Shown: piece by piece, positions 45,544-55,945 of the stretch
Numbering within the stretch: position 1 is the stretch's first letter
How the letters are laid out: each line of letters opens with the position of its first letter
DNA from: an uncultured Chlamydiae bacterium
GTDB taxonomy: Bacteria > Chlamydiota > Chlamydiia > Chlamydiales > Rhabdochlamydiaceae
Direction: 5' to 3'
Assembly (NCBI GenBank): GCA_945952445.1
Contig: CAMFIG010000003.1
Span: forward strand, 4,158-68,157
Length of the DNA stretch: 64,000 nucleotides
The notes under the pieces: model-generated
What the model was told of the DNA's origin: nothing
Seen by the model: only the letters and a program-made list of their open reading frames with translations
Database searches by the model: none
Made by a program: the position numbers and the translations under genes

Positions 45544-46881
45544 ATGATCACTGATCAATCACAAGATGCGTGGACGCTATTTTTAGATTTTGTACAGGAG
45601 CGCTGCTCTGCAACGGAATATGCAAATTGGTTTGCTCCAATTCAAGTAAGAGAATGCCATGCGGAAAAGATTGTATTAGAAGTCCCCAACATCTTCGTGC
45701 AGGAATACCTCCTGGAAAACTACAAGAAAGAGCTAAAAAACTTTCTCCCTCTTAATACTGCAGGAGAGCTTGCAATAGAATTTGCCATCACAGAAGCTAG
45801 AAAAAAACAGCAGACAGAAAAAAAGACGGTCGAAGCTCCTCTTCAAGAAGCACCTCAGGAAACCTGCCAATTAAACCCTTTTTACACATTTGAAAACTTC
45901 ATTGAAGGCCCTTCTAACCAATTTGTCAAATCGGCAGCAGCCGGCGTTGCGATGCGCCCTGGGAGATCATATAATCCGCTCTTCATCCACGGCGGCGTAG
46001 GTCTAGGAAAAACCCATCTTCTCCACGGGATTGGCCACTACGTAAAACAGCATCATAAAAAACTTCGGATCCACTCGATTACTACCGAGGGATTCATCAA
46101 CGATCTCGTCGATAACCTCAGGAATAAAACGCTCGATAAAATGAAACGCTTTTACCGATCCTTAGACGTGCTGCTTGTCGATGATATCCAGTTTCTACAA
46201 AATCGGATGAATTTCGAAGAAGAATTCTGCAACACCTTCGAGTCTTTGATCCACCAAAATAAACAAATCGTCATTACAAGTGATAAACCCCCAGGGCAGC
46301 TTCGCCTCTCAGAAAGATTAATAGCCCGTATGGAATGGGGTCTTGTCGCGAACATCGGCATTCCGGATTTAGAGACAAGAGTGGCCATCCTGCAGCACAA
46401 GGCAGAACAAAAAGGGATCAGGATCCCCCAAAAAGTCGCATTCTTCATCGCAGAACATATTTATCATAATGTAAGACAGCTAGAAGGCGCCATCAACCGC
46501 CTTTGCGCTTACTGTCGCATGATGGGTCTTGATGTCACGGAAGAGACCGTAGAAAGAAGTTTAAGCGAACTCTTCCAGCTCTCTCCGTCTAAGAAAGTTT
46601 CCGTCGACAATATCATGAAGAGCGTTGCTACAATCTTTGAAGTCAAGGTCAGCGATCTTCGCAGCGACTCGCGCAGCAAAGATGTAGCCTTCCCAAGACA
46701 AGTTGCCATGTATCTTGCCAAAGAACTCATTAACGACTCTCTTGCAAAGCTCTCTTCTTCATTCGGAGGAAAGACCCATTCTACCCTCCTTCATGCATGG
46801 AAGAAAATCTCTGGCAAACTAGAAAAAGACGAAATCCTTCGAAGGCAGATCGAAATGGCTCGGCGCAATCTTGAAGCCTAA
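45544..46881 (+). CDS. dnaA: Chromosomal replication initiator DnaA
   Basis: 445 aa with AAA+ Walker [12 protein letters not shown] and Walker B LLVDDIQF, plus a C-terminal DNA-binding helix-turn-helix region ([11 protein letters not shown]). Confidence 0.97.
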   Translation: MITDQSQDAWTLFLDFVQERCSATEYANWFAPIQVRECHAEKIVLEVPNIFVQEYLLENYKKELKNFLPLNTAGELAIEFAITEARKKQQTEKKTVEAPLQEAPQETCQLNPFYTFENFIEGPSNQFVKSAAAGVAMRPGRSYNPLFIHGGVGLGKTHLLHGIGHYVKQHHKKLRIHSITTEGFINDLVDNLRNKTLDKMKRFYRSLDVLLVDDIQFLQNRMNFEEEFCNTFESLIHQNKQIVITSDKPPGQLRLSERLIARMEWGLVANIGIPDLETRVAILQHKAEQKGIRIPQKVAFFIAEHIYHNVRQLEGAINRLCAYCRMMGLDVTEETVERSLSELFQLSPSKKVSVDNIMKSVATIFEVKVSDLRSDSRSKDVAFPRQVAMYLAKELINDSLAKLSSSFGGKTHSTLLHAWKKISGKLEKDEILRRQIEMARRNLEA

Positions 46882-47498
46882 AGGATCTCTTGTGCACAGA
46901 ACGCAAGAAGATAGATCTGCTTTGCCGCCAGCTCCTCTATGGCAAAGAGATATTCTCTCTCTTCGAGATTGTGCTCCCCTTCAATCACAAGAAGGACCTT
47001 AGACGAAAAGTTACACCTTTGTCTCCAAAAATAGTAAGAACCAAAAAGGCGTTTGCAAGGCCCTTTCCAATAAGGAACTTCAAGATAAGAAGAAATAGAC
47101 TCTGCGAGGGCTTGCGTCATCTCCCCTCCGATAGGAGAAGCTAGGATTGCATCCGGAAGAGGCCATCTCAGCCGGTAATACTGGACTGCCATCAATGCAG
47201 TCATTGCATCTACCCGGATTTGTGTTTTACACGAAGGATGAGCACTCCAAAGAGAGGAAGCAGGACCAATCTTCTCTGTGGCATAGGCAAAGGTCCAAAA
47301 GGAAGGTGCCGAAGCACAAATTTTACAAGGCATCCCCTTGCGAAAGCAACGAGGGCATCTATCTTGAGGATCGACAAGCTCCAATAGCTCGCTACAGGAA
47401 GGACAAAGGAGCTTTTCCTTTTCCACCTCGTTCTGTTCACAACAGAGACAATGGCTTGGGAAAATAAAGTCCAAAAGAGCCTCTTTTATCTCTTTCAC
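46878..47498 (-). CDS. ComF-family protein, degenerate phosphoribosyltransferase domain
   Basis: The N-terminal double zinc ribbon ([10 protein letters not shown]...LCPSCSELL...CPRC...CKIC) is typical of ComFC. The PRPP-loop position reads [10 protein letters not shown] instead of VLLVDDVxTTG. Confidence 0.65.
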   Translation of the reverse strand: MKEIKEALLDFIFPSHCLCCEQNEVEKEKLLCPSCSELLELVDPQDRCPRCFRKGMPCKICASAPSFWTFAYATEKIGPASSLWSAHPSCKTQIRVDAMTALMAVQYYRLRWPLPDAILASPIGGEMTQALAESISSYLEVPYWKGPCKRLFGSYYFWRQRCNFSSKVLLVIEGEHNLEEREYLFAIEELAAKQIYLLAFCAQEIL

Positions 47499-50400
47499 GG
47501 AGCATCAGTGCTTTTTTTAAGACTATACTTCGGCTTTGCCATATTACCTCGGATTGAGACAATCAAGTCTTCTGTAATTTTCCAAACTACATTTTGCTTC
47601 ATCCTCAAGTCTAGCTGCCAGTTGCCATTGAAATCGAGATGAGGATCGGTCTGCGCCTCTGCCAAGAAAAACTGAGACCTTTTTCCTTCGCTATACGAGT
47701 TGCGCCAGTCAGTAATATGGCACTTGCCTCCCCAAAAGTAAAAATCCACTTCTCCCATCGTTGGGGTGAGCAAGGAAGCATCGAGCCCAAAGTCTTTGAT
47801 AAGACTCAAAGGAATGTCCCAAAAAGAAAAGCCTTTGTTATTTTGCGTGACAAAATTTAAAGACCCATTGCCCTCTAAGGACATAGTATCTCCTAATATT
47901 CCTTGCACCTCATAGATGCTGATATTTTTGATAACTGCCATATCCTCTTTTTTCTTGGGCTGCAGCAAAGAGGGCTTCACCTCTTTGGCATAGACAAGAG
48001 GAGCTGAAAAAGACCATCTGCCCTGCCTTTCTGAAAAATCGAGGGTCTTTATCTGTAAAAAGCCAATGACATCTTCTACCTTGAGCCCCTCGATCGCAAC
48101 CTTCTGAGCATTTGCATCTATCTGTGCTGATGCCCTTTCAAATTCCCTTCCGAAAATGACAAACTTCTCCGCTACGAGTTCACCTACAAAAGAGATAGGA
48201 GACAAAGAAAACAAGCCCTCGCAGCGATATCCTTTACCGATCTTCCAAGAGGAAACCTTTTCAGCAATAGAGGCCGGCAGCAATCCTTTTGCTTTCTCAA
48301 AATCGACCGATACTCTTCCTCGATATCGGGAGCGCTCTCTTGCCAAGTCTAAAGAGATCCCCTTAAAATTCCCTTGGATCTTATCACAGGCAAACTGCCC
48401 ACTCATAACCTTACCTTGGAGCACCACTCCTTCTTGGTCGAGTTGTTCTTTCAACATGACAACAAGAGAGGGATTTTCTGTAAGGCTGGATCGAACTTGT
48501 ATCCAAAAGGGCTCCTGCTGCCATTTAGTAAGGCAAGAAGCATATAGTTCGTTCTTATCGACAAGAAATCGGAGCTGTTTGCACGTCCATGGTGTCTTTC
48601 CTAAAAAATAAGATCCTTCCGGCAAAGTACCTGAGATCTTATAGTTTGCCGCAGAGAGATCAGCCTCCCACTCTACTTGGCACGCTTGCATACCAAAGAA
48701 GTTACGGATAAAAGAAGGGATTGCCTCGATTCTGTCAAGGACCTGCTTTTCCTTGCGAGAACAGCTATAGCATCCTTTACCTATGACGGTTCGTTGCGTC
48801 GGGAAGAAAAAGGCAACTTTTTTTGCAGAAAACATCCCAGCCTTTTCTTTTGCATAAGTTAGATCACACTGGACCTCTTCGAGCTGGCAAGAGTGTTCCG
48901 TGTCGATAGAGAATGCACAAGCTTTGGTAGAAGAGATCTGCCAAGGCATCGGCTCTAACACCCCTCCAACAAAACGGATTGACCCTTTCCCTTCAAGGGC
49001 AAGAGGCGCCTTTCTCACTTTGCCTTGAAAAGATCCTGCCGCCTTACCTACGCAACTTGTCTTACCAACGCAGGCATTCCAAGCCAGCTGGTATTCTTTC
49101 AATGAAAGCTCTCCGGTCTTCAGGCTATATTCTCCTAGCATCTGTGCTTTTCCTGAAGGGATCTGTAGATGAAATGCTGTGATCTCCCATTTCTCAGGCC
49201 TTAAAAGCAAACCGAGCTGCAGCTGATACTCTCCCAGCCTGCAAGGATCGACTTTCCATCGATTCCCTTCTGCAGCTATAGAACAGGAAAGAGCTCCCAT
49301 CTGTTGTTTCCGATAGGCGATAGCAGAGCTTTCTAATTGAAGATCTAGGCGGTCTTTTCGCCATCTAAATCCGACCGCGAGGTCTCCTGATATCTCTTGC
49401 ATGGGTTGTAAAGAAATATCTCCTGGTATCAAGCAGAGATCTTGGCAGCGCGCTAAATAGAAGGGCAGCTTGGCTAATGATACATTCGCATGTCCTTCCA
49501 AGAAAAAATCTTCCAAAGAAAAAGAGTTCAGCACAAATGGAATCCCTAAAAGATAGCTCTCGCGCCATGAGATCTTTTTCCCTTGTTCGATAAGGCCATT
49601 GCATTGGAGCCATTCTCTTTTTTCATCACGGACAACCAAAGAAAAAGGTGCTGTGCTTTGAGGACTTACGGAGAAGTTGCTCAGAAGCAGATCCCCTTCC
49701 ATAGCGCCCATCTGCCATCTTCCCTTCGTATTTTTAAGAGAGACATTTCCTTCAGAGCCCAACTCCCAATCGCTTTGTAGATCTGATATCTTAGCTCCAT
49801 TCCTTAAAAAATAGGCTAGCTGACTTACACTCCCCGCGGCGCTCCAACTGTATGTAATTTCCCCTTGCTGTTTGCGCGCTTGGAACATACATCCTCTTTT
49901 AGGGATCGCAAAACGCCCCTCCAGAGGATGAGATTGCAAAGCAGGGATGATTTTTGCAAGTGCGCTGATCTGCCCTTCCATCGGATGAGAAACGAGCTGG
50001 AGCGACTGCGAATCGAGATAGAGACTGCCTGTGACCTTCAAATCTCCAATAGATAAATTCCAACAATCAGCCCAAAGCTGATCTGCTTCGAAAAAAAAGA
50101 GAGAGTCTTCAAGAACCCCTTGGAGGTGTCTTGCTTTATCATATATCGCCATGTTCTCTACGGGGATCTTCCCTTTCCATGTGCCAGTGCGAAAGTCGCA
50201 GTCTGCAGAAAGGAAAGTCTCTTGCGCACAGCTCATGGCATACTCGGGCAGATCCACCTTTAAGTCGGAGGCAAAGCTCTCAACGCGCATCCCTTTTCTA
50301 TCTACCGTCCCTCGAAGCGCCACCCCCCCCTGGCACCGCATAGTGTCTGGCAAAAAGGAAAAGAGGGGAACTAAAAAACCGCAGCCAATCCTATCGGTGA

Positions 50401-52276
50401 TAAAGTCCACCTGAATGTCTGCTGTTTTCCATTGTGTCCATCCATCCAAAGCATGGGTGATCTTGGCTTCTAGAGAACCTACAGCGTCGAGATGCACAGA
50501 GGGCTCTGATTTCTTCTCGAAAACAAGGTGTGTTTCTAAAAGAGAGCGCTCTTCTTGGGACAAGAGGTTTGCTTCGACGGCCACCTTGCATCCCTCCCAT
50601 CCCCTCTCGAAGCCAGGAAGCCATCTGTGCAAGACATCATAGCAAGGAATAGAGCCGGTCAGATGAACCAGATGGGGGGCTCCCTTTTCTAATAACTCGA
50701 TACGACCCCAAGCGCCGCGATAGGCAGCTTCAATAAAAGAGGATTGCATCTCTCGATTTTGCGCTTCTAAATGGAGGGCGATGTTTGTAACTGCAGCATC
50801 CTCAGCTTCTAAAAAAAGAGATCCGCCAGAAAGATCCACGCAAAAAGATTCTGCTTTCCATTCCGCTTCTTTCTTTGTCAATACACCTTCCAAAGTAAAG
50901 CTCTTTGCTTGCGCTTGCAAAGACAACATCGGAAGTTGCACTCCGACTTCCTGCCCTTCACACTGCAGAACCTCAACTCGGGATAAATGAGAGCGATCCC
51001 AAAAAGCGACAACTTCCAGACCAATCTCCCCTCGAGACACATGAAATTTTGGGATTTCCACCCAAGGTTTTATGCAATCGATCCACTTTGTCGTTTCAGA
51101 AGAGATACCGCTTGCTTTCATCTGAACGATTGTCTGCAGCTTATCATAGCAGATGGAACAAGAGAGCTCTGTCTGGTGGCGTGCTCCTGACAAAGTCATC
51201 TGACTTTGCAACCAAAACGTCCCCTCCTCCTGGACTTCTCCTTTGCCTTCTAAAGAAAATGGCTGAGCGCTACCTTCTGCATCGAGCATGCCGCATATTT
51301 TGAGAAAAGGGTCTTCTCCTGGCTGCAGACGCACCTCACCTAGCACATTTTGCAAAGAAAGCTGAGATCCCCTCAAAGAGCACATCCCCCCCTCTAAAGT
51401 CGCAAAACAATCAAACTTCTTCCAAAAAGGAAGCTCCCCGGCAGACAGATCTGGAGCACTCGGATATTGGATGGAACTCTTCATCGATTGCATCGCCCAA
51501 CTCACACCAAGCCCCTCATTCGATGCAAGAGCGTCATCTAGATCCACCCTTCCGCAGACCTTCTCAAAGTGATAGTCTCTATCCCACCCTATTTCCAGCT
51601 CCCCAGAAACAGTGCCGCTTGCTGCATCCCATCCTTGCCACTGTGGGCTCTGTTGCAAAGAGAGCAAAGAAAATAGATATCCTAAAGGACAGTCTCGAAC
51701 GAAAAGACTAGAAACAAGGCGCCGCTGTTCCCATCGAAAATCGACCTGAAGAAAAGCCGGCTCCTGAAATCTCTCGTCGGAGTATGCATAAAAAGATCCT
51801 ACATTATGGTGGTCTTCCTCGGATTTCCAGGTGAAATAAAGGGTCCCTTCAGGCAAAGAAGGTGAAAGCAAGGCTCCCTTTTCAATCTGGACGTCCCACT
51901 GGATTATCCCCTTAGATAGCCAAGCTAGTGGGAAAAAGGATATCTCATCAGAATCGCTTTCGTCTTGGATTTGGAGTTGGTTGATAATGAGACGAGGATG
52001 CCAGGAGAACTGCTGCCAGTGAAAAGAGCAATCGAAATAGAGAGACTCTATCTCTAGGTGGCTTCCCTTTAGATCCCATTGGATCTTTTCGAGATAAAGT
52101 GCCCTTCCCTTCCTTTCAAGAGATCCCACAGAAAGCTGAGAATTCTTGGCTAAGTGATGCCGTATATACAATTCTAAGCCGGCACATAAAATCCACTGAT
52201 GAAAAGCAAGAACACACCCAAAAACAACAAGAAGCGCTACAATGGCTCTTTTCTTTTTTTTCTTGGCTACCTGCAT
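47495..52276 (-). CDS. Giant N-terminally membrane-anchored protein (1593 aa), possibly AsmA/TamB-like (tentative)
   Basis: The N-terminus has KKKKKR followed by a hydrophobic helix (AIVALLVVFGCVLAF). The remainder has beta-rich composition without recognisable repeats. It has a 4-nt overlap with the downstream comF-like gene. The CDS call is firm but the function is weak. Confidence 0.85.
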   Translation of the reverse strand: MQVAKKKKKRAIVALLVVFGCVLAFHQWILCAGLELYIRHHLAKNSQLSVGSLERKGRALYLEKIQWDLKGSHLEIESLYFDCSFHWQQFSWHPRLIINQLQIQDESDSDEISFFPLAWLSKGIIQWDVQIEKGALLSPSLPEGTLYFTWKSEEDHHNVGSFYAYSDERFQEPAFLQVDFRWEQRRLVSSLFVRDCPLGYLFSLLSLQQSPQWQGWDAASGTVSGELEIGWDRDYHFEKVCGRVDLDDALASNEGLGVSWAMQSMKSSIQYPSAPDLSAGELPFWKKFDCFATLEGGMCSLRGSQLSLQNVLGEVRLQPGEDPFLKICGMLDAEGSAQPFSLEGKGEVQEEGTFWLQSQMTLSGARHQTELSCSICYDKLQTIVQMKASGISSETTKWIDCIKPWVEIPKFHVSRGEIGLEVVAFWDRSHLSRVEVLQCEGQEVGVQLPMLSLQAQAKSFTLEGVLTKKEAEWKAESFCVDLSGGSLFLEAEDAAVTNIALHLEAQNREMQSSFIEAAYRGAWGRIELLEKGAPHLVHLTGSIPCYDVLHRWLPGFERGWEGCKVAVEANLLSQEERSLLETHLVFEKKSEPSVHLDAVGSLEAKITHALDGWTQWKTADIQVDFITDRIGCGFLVPLFSFLPDTMRCQGGVALRGTVDRKGMRVESFASDLKVDLPEYAMSCAQETFLSADCDFRTGTWKGKIPVENMAIYDKARHLQGVLEDSLFFFEADQLWADCWNLSIGDLKVTGSLYLDSQSLQLVSHPMEGQISALAKIIPALQSHPLEGRFAIPKRGCMFQARKQQGEITYSWSAAGSVSQLAYFLRNGAKISDLQSDWELGSEGNVSLKNTKGRWQMGAMEGDLLLSNFSVSPQSTAPFSLVVRDEKREWLQCNGLIEQGKKISWRESYLLGIPFVLNSFSLEDFFLEGHANVSLAKLPFYLARCQDLCLIPGDISLQPMQEISGDLAVGFRWRKDRLDLQLESSAIAYRKQQMGALSCSIAAEGNRWKVDPCRLGEYQLQLGLLLRPEKWEITAFHLQIPSGKAQMLGEYSLKTGELSLKEYQLAWNACVGKTSCVGKAAGSFQGKVRKAPLALEGKGSIRFVGGVLEPMPWQISSTKACAFSIDTEHSCQLEEVQCDLTYAKEKAGMFSAKKVAFFFPTQRTVIGKGCYSCSRKEKQVLDRIEAIPSFIRNFFGMQACQVEWEADLSAANYKISGTLPEGSYFLGKTPWTCKQLRFLVDKNELYASCLTKWQQEPFWIQVRSSLTENPSLVVMLKEQLDQEGVVLQGKVMSGQFACDKIQGNFKGISLDLARERSRYRGRVSVDFEKAKGLLPASIAEKVSSWKIGKGYRCEGLFSLSPISFVGELVAEKFVIFGREFERASAQIDANAQKVAIEGLKVEDVIGFLQIKTLDFSERQGRWSFSAPLVYAKEVKPSLLQPKKKEDMAVIKNISIYEVQGILGDTMSLEGNGSLNFVTQNNKGFSFWDIPLSLIKDFGLDASLLTPTMGEVDFYFWGGKCHITDWRNSYSEGKRSQFFLAEAQTDPHLDFNGNWQLDLRMKQNVVWKITEDLIVSIRGNMAKPKYSLKKSTDAP

Positions 52277-52354
52277 AAGAAAACACCTAATTCTTGAGAC
52301 GGATTATCTTATCCGGCAGCTCTCTCCAAGAAAAGAAAAAAAGAAAAAAAGTCT

Positions 52355-52720
52355 CTACTTTTCTCCAAGAAGCTCTTTATACTGCTCTTGCGTGAGAAGA
52401 ACATAGTCTTCTTCTTGGCGATGCAGCTTCATCTTAAAAAGCCATCCTTGCTGTTCAGGCGAAGCATTGACAAGGTCGGCTGATTGCCGCAACGCTTCAT
52501 TGACGGCGATCACTTCTCCGGAAACGGGAGCATAGATATCCGCTGCAGCTTTTGTGGATTCTAAAACAGCGACTTCTTCTCCTAATAATACACTCTTGCC
52601 TACAACAGGCAGTTCTACGTAGACAACTTCGCCCAATTCTTTTTGGGCATATTCTGTGATGCCGACAGTTCCTATGGCACCTTCAATCTGAATCCATTCA
52701 TGAGATGGGGTATACTTCAT
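52355..52720 (-). CDS. gcvH: Glycine cleavage system H protein / lipoyl carrier
   Basis: 121 aa from MKYTPSHEWIQ (ATG at 52720). The lipoyl-lysine motif is VLESTKAAADIYAPVSGEV. The 60-codon N-terminal extension in the track overlaps the upstream gene and is rejected. Confidence 0.9.
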   Translation of the reverse strand: MKYTPSHEWIQIEGAIGTVGITEYAQKELGEVVYVELPVVGKSVLLGEEVAVLESTKAAADIYAPVSGEVIAVNEALRQSADLVNASPEQQGWLFKMKLHRQEEDYVLLTQEQYKELLGEK

Positions 52721-52728
52721 AAAATTCC

Positions 52729-53376
52729 TTATGTAAAAGTAGCACTTGCCCATAGAGCAGGATGCTGCATCATGTCGAAATAGCGAGAAGAGAGAGAAAA
52801 ATGCTGAGGATCTCCTCGATAGCGGTTCACCCGATATGCTATACCCATCCGTGCAAAAACCGTCGGGTCGTATCCGCAAAGACTGCGGGCTGGAATACAA
52901 AACCGCAGGCTATAGTCCTTTTTTCCAAGCTCAACCTCGCAAGTGAGATCAGCAGGATCGCAAAGCACATGAGTATCCTCCGACCGGAATCGGGTGACCT
53001 CCTGTGAATGGATCCCTTGTACTGGCTGCGCCAAAAAAAGGAAATGATGGCAGAACTTTGAAGCAAAGCCAGCTTTTTTATTGTCTCTTGTGTCAATCCA
53101 GATCTCGACGCTATCGCTTTTTGCATAGTCGGGAAAGAGGCTGTCTTCAAAGGGTTTTTTCACCTCTACAACTCCTATAATCCCTTCAAGACTCCATCCC
53201 AAAGAGACCTCTGCAAAAGGCTCTTCTCCTAGCAGAGGAGAGAGGCTGGGGAGATGAGAAGACATCCGGGGCCATTTCTTAGCAGGATATTCTACCTTTG
53301 GTATCTCTACATCTACCCAGAAAAAGTCGATCGGCAGCAAAGGATCTAAATGATCCAAAAGCTCATCATTCTTCAC
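52729..53376 (-). CDS. Hypothetical protein (215 aa)
   Basis: ORF in the same-strand string ppiD-like / this gene / gcvH. A possible beta-sandwich (CBM9/DOMON-like) impression is not supported by motifs. Confidence 0.65.
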   Translation of the reverse strand: MKNDELLDHLDPLLPIDFFWVDVEIPKVEYPAKKWPRMSSHLPSLSPLLGEEPFAEVSLGWSLEGIIGVVEVKKPFEDSLFPDYAKSDSVEIWIDTRDNKKAGFASKFCHHFLFLAQPVQGIHSQEVTRFRSEDTHVLCDPADLTCEVELGKKDYSLRFCIPARSLCGYDPTVFARMGIAYRVNRYRGDPQHFSLSSRYFDMMQHPALWASATFT

Positions 53377-55681
53377 AATAGCTCCAAATGTGGATCGCTT
53401 GTTTTAACTCTATCTGCTCTAACATATCCCGCATCAAATGCCTTTGCACCTCTTGGCGCAAAGGTTCTTTCAGCATTTCCACTTCTTGTGCTGAGATCTC
53501 TTGAGGTGCCTCTTTTTCCAGCATCTGGAAAAAAGAAAAGCCTTGAGGTCTCATGAACACCTGGGACCATTGGCCATCTGGCATAAAAAAGAGAGCATCG
53601 CTTGCAAACAACTCTTTCTTGCCCCGAGCCGCACTCAAAACCTCTTTTTGGAAAGCCCATGGACTTTGGCTTTCTGTTTGAGATGTCTGCTGCAATTGTC
53701 CTAATGCCTGTCTTGCATATCTTAGAAAGCGATGCCTTGCATAAAACTCCGCAGAGCCCTTTTGCCTTTCGGAGGGTTCTTTCCCAGTCCAAGCTAGATA
53801 TTCCGCATCGATAGATCGGATCAGATCTCCCCATACAACCATACCCACTTTTTCCTTCACTTCTGACAGAGGCTTCCAGCCCCCTTCTTTTTGTGCAAAC
53901 TGCGCAGACTGTTTTTTTCGGACTTCAGGATAAGCATCTTGCAGCTTCTTATCGACGATCTTTTCAAGGGCTCCCTGAGACTTTGCTTCTTCCCAACTAA
54001 GCACCCTCTTTTCCCCTCTTTGGAGAACGCGGATTGCATAATAATGTTCTCCATCTCCCGTATAAAAAGAGAGCTTTTGCTGAGCTTTCAACCCAACCTC
54101 GGAGGCTTCTTCTCCGACCTGTGCTAAATCCAAAAGAGCCATCAAAGCGCTAAGATCCCGAATCCCTTCCATCGGAGAGGAAAGCGACTTTCCATTTAAA
54201 TAGATTTTCTTCTGAGTAGGAGCCGCTCGATGCAGCGCTTCCTGGATGCGAAACGGAGACTTCTCCACGATAGCATTGCGCGCATAGCGGTCAACATCCA
54301 ATCTTCGAGATTCTGGCAAAGACTCCAATATGGCAAATCTCTCCTCAGAAGTTGCTGCCGGCTGCTTTGCTAATACAGGAAACTGCTTTTTTAAAAGAGT
54401 CCAGTTTTCTTCCTGAACTTGCCAATCCCAAGTCTCTTTTAAGCCAATTTCAGAAGCCACCTGTTTTTTCTCTATTTGCTGGTATTCTATTTCATATTCT
54501 TTTTGGACAAGCTCGGGATATTTGGCTTCGACTGCAGATAAGGGAAGATATTTTTGAGACAAGCCAACTTCTGGGTCTTCCATCACAGCTTCTAGGTATG
54601 CTTGGAATTGCATGCAGGTGGAAAAATCTCGCATCTGCAAAGAGCGCGGCATAGAATAGAGCGCTATCTTCGCTGTCTGCTTTGCATATTGGTGATATTC
54701 TTCAACTAGCAAAGGATCTAAAAGAACAGACTGGCCAACCCCATGAAATAATTTGCGAAATAAAGAGATTTGTTTCCAAAGCTGTATGCATTCTGACTCT
54801 TCCATCCCCAGTCTACGAAGCTGATGAACAAAAGCCTGCTGGAGGTCGATCTTCTGGATCGAAGGATCTTGGGACATCATTTGAATTCCCCTCTGGAGAT
54901 TCTGTACGAGTCCCTGCCTAGCCTCTGCATCAGAAACAGAATAACCTTGAGACTCTGCATATGCGGCCACGTTCAAAATCCACTGAGAAACAACGGATAG
55001 GTATTGTTTTCCGAACCAATCCTCTAAAGAATGGCGTCCGAATAAAGAGAAGTCCGCTTGTAAAAACATAGGATCAGCAGTCTCACCGCCTTTGCCTTGC
55101 TGATAATATAGCACCCTTTTTACAAAGACCGGGGGTAATGCATGCTGCTGTATGAAGGCCTGAGTCAACACAGAAAACGTCTCAGCAGAAGTTCTTCCCC
55201 GATGTTTTTTAATCTCACTCAAGACCGAGCGTCCACCCTGAGCAAACTGAGACCAAACCGACTCCGTGCTCATTTGATCCACAGTAGGATGCGCATAAGG
55301 AAGAAAAGAAGAGATTTTTTCCACAACAGCTTCTACATCTTTCTCCATCCATGGATAATATTTTTCTCCGAGCATCGGCCCGAGATCCGTGTGAAGAAAA
55401 TCCTTCTCCACAACTCCATCATTGAGGAGATTCACGGCTTGCACACGGTCATCTTTTAGATCTTCTTGGCTTGAAGAAAGAAACCGGATCATCCTCTCCA
55501 CTTGCTGTTTTGTCAATCCTGTCCCTACAATGCTTTTACCCAAAGCTTCTTCTTTTGCTTTCTTAGGTCCTGAGTCAAACGTAGAAAACGTCCCGAAAAA
55601 CACAAAAGACGACACAATGACTATCGTCGTGAATAGGAAAAAAATCTTCTGGTACCTTCGAAAAAAAGTAAGCATAGACAA
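53366..55681 (-). CDS. Membrane-anchored periplasmic chaperone, PpiD/SurA-N-like (tentative)
   Basis: 771 aa. The N-terminal MLTFFRRYQKIFFLFTTIVIVSSFVFFG anchor resembles the PpiD N-terminus. The rest is long and helical. I recognise no parvulin motif. Confidence 0.8.
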   Translation of the reverse strand: MSMLTFFRRYQKIFFLFTTIVIVSSFVFFGTFSTFDSGPKKAKEEALGKSIVGTGLTKQQVERMIRFLSSSQEDLKDDRVQAVNLLNDGVVEKDFLHTDLGPMLGEKYYPWMEKDVEAVVEKISSFLPYAHPTVDQMSTESVWSQFAQGGRSVLSEIKKHRGRTSAETFSVLTQAFIQQHALPPVFVKRVLYYQQGKGGETADPMFLQADFSLFGRHSLEDWFGKQYLSVVSQWILNVAAYAESQGYSVSDAEARQGLVQNLQRGIQMMSQDPSIQKIDLQQAFVHQLRRLGMEESECIQLWKQISLFRKLFHGVGQSVLLDPLLVEEYHQYAKQTAKIALYSMPRSLQMRDFSTCMQFQAYLEAVMEDPEVGLSQKYLPLSAVEAKYPELVQKEYEIEYQQIEKKQVASEIGLKETWDWQVQEENWTLLKKQFPVLAKQPAATSEERFAILESLPESRRLDVDRYARNAIVEKSPFRIQEALHRAAPTQKKIYLNGKSLSSPMEGIRDLSALMALLDLAQVGEEASEVGLKAQQKLSFYTGDGEHYYAIRVLQRGEKRVLSWEEAKSQGALEKIVDKKLQDAYPEVRKKQSAQFAQKEGGWKPLSEVKEKVGMVVWGDLIRSIDAEYLAWTGKEPSERQKGSAEFYARHRFLRYARQALGQLQQTSQTESQSPWAFQKEVLSAARGKKELFASDALFFMPDGQWSQVFMRPQGFSFFQMLEKEAPQEISAQEVEMLKEPLRQEVQRHLMRDMLEQIELKQAIHIWSYCEE

Positions 55682-55945
55682 AACGACTCCTTGTAGAGTA
55701 AAGGGAGAATCTTACTAAGATTTCTCTAATATTCCCAAGAAAAAATCTCTTTACCATTTTTGCAGTGAAAATTCGATAAAACTTCCTTTGTTTATTCATG
55801 GATGTCTGGCTCCTTAGAGCTAATAGGTGAATAATGAAGAGAAACTCCTGGATCTGATCAAATGACATCTTCCTCTAAAAGCACCATTGACTTGAAAAAA
55901 ACATTTCACTAAAAACCAAAAAAACAACCTATTTTAAGGAGTTCT

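Noticed and set aside
52746-53150. ORFs 52746-52946 (+), 52762-53007 (+) and 52839-53150 (-), which overlap the 215-aa hypothetical gene and the gcvH leader.
   Set aside because: They are short, overlap longer same-locus ORFs in an operon context, have no SD and have biased antisense-type composition.
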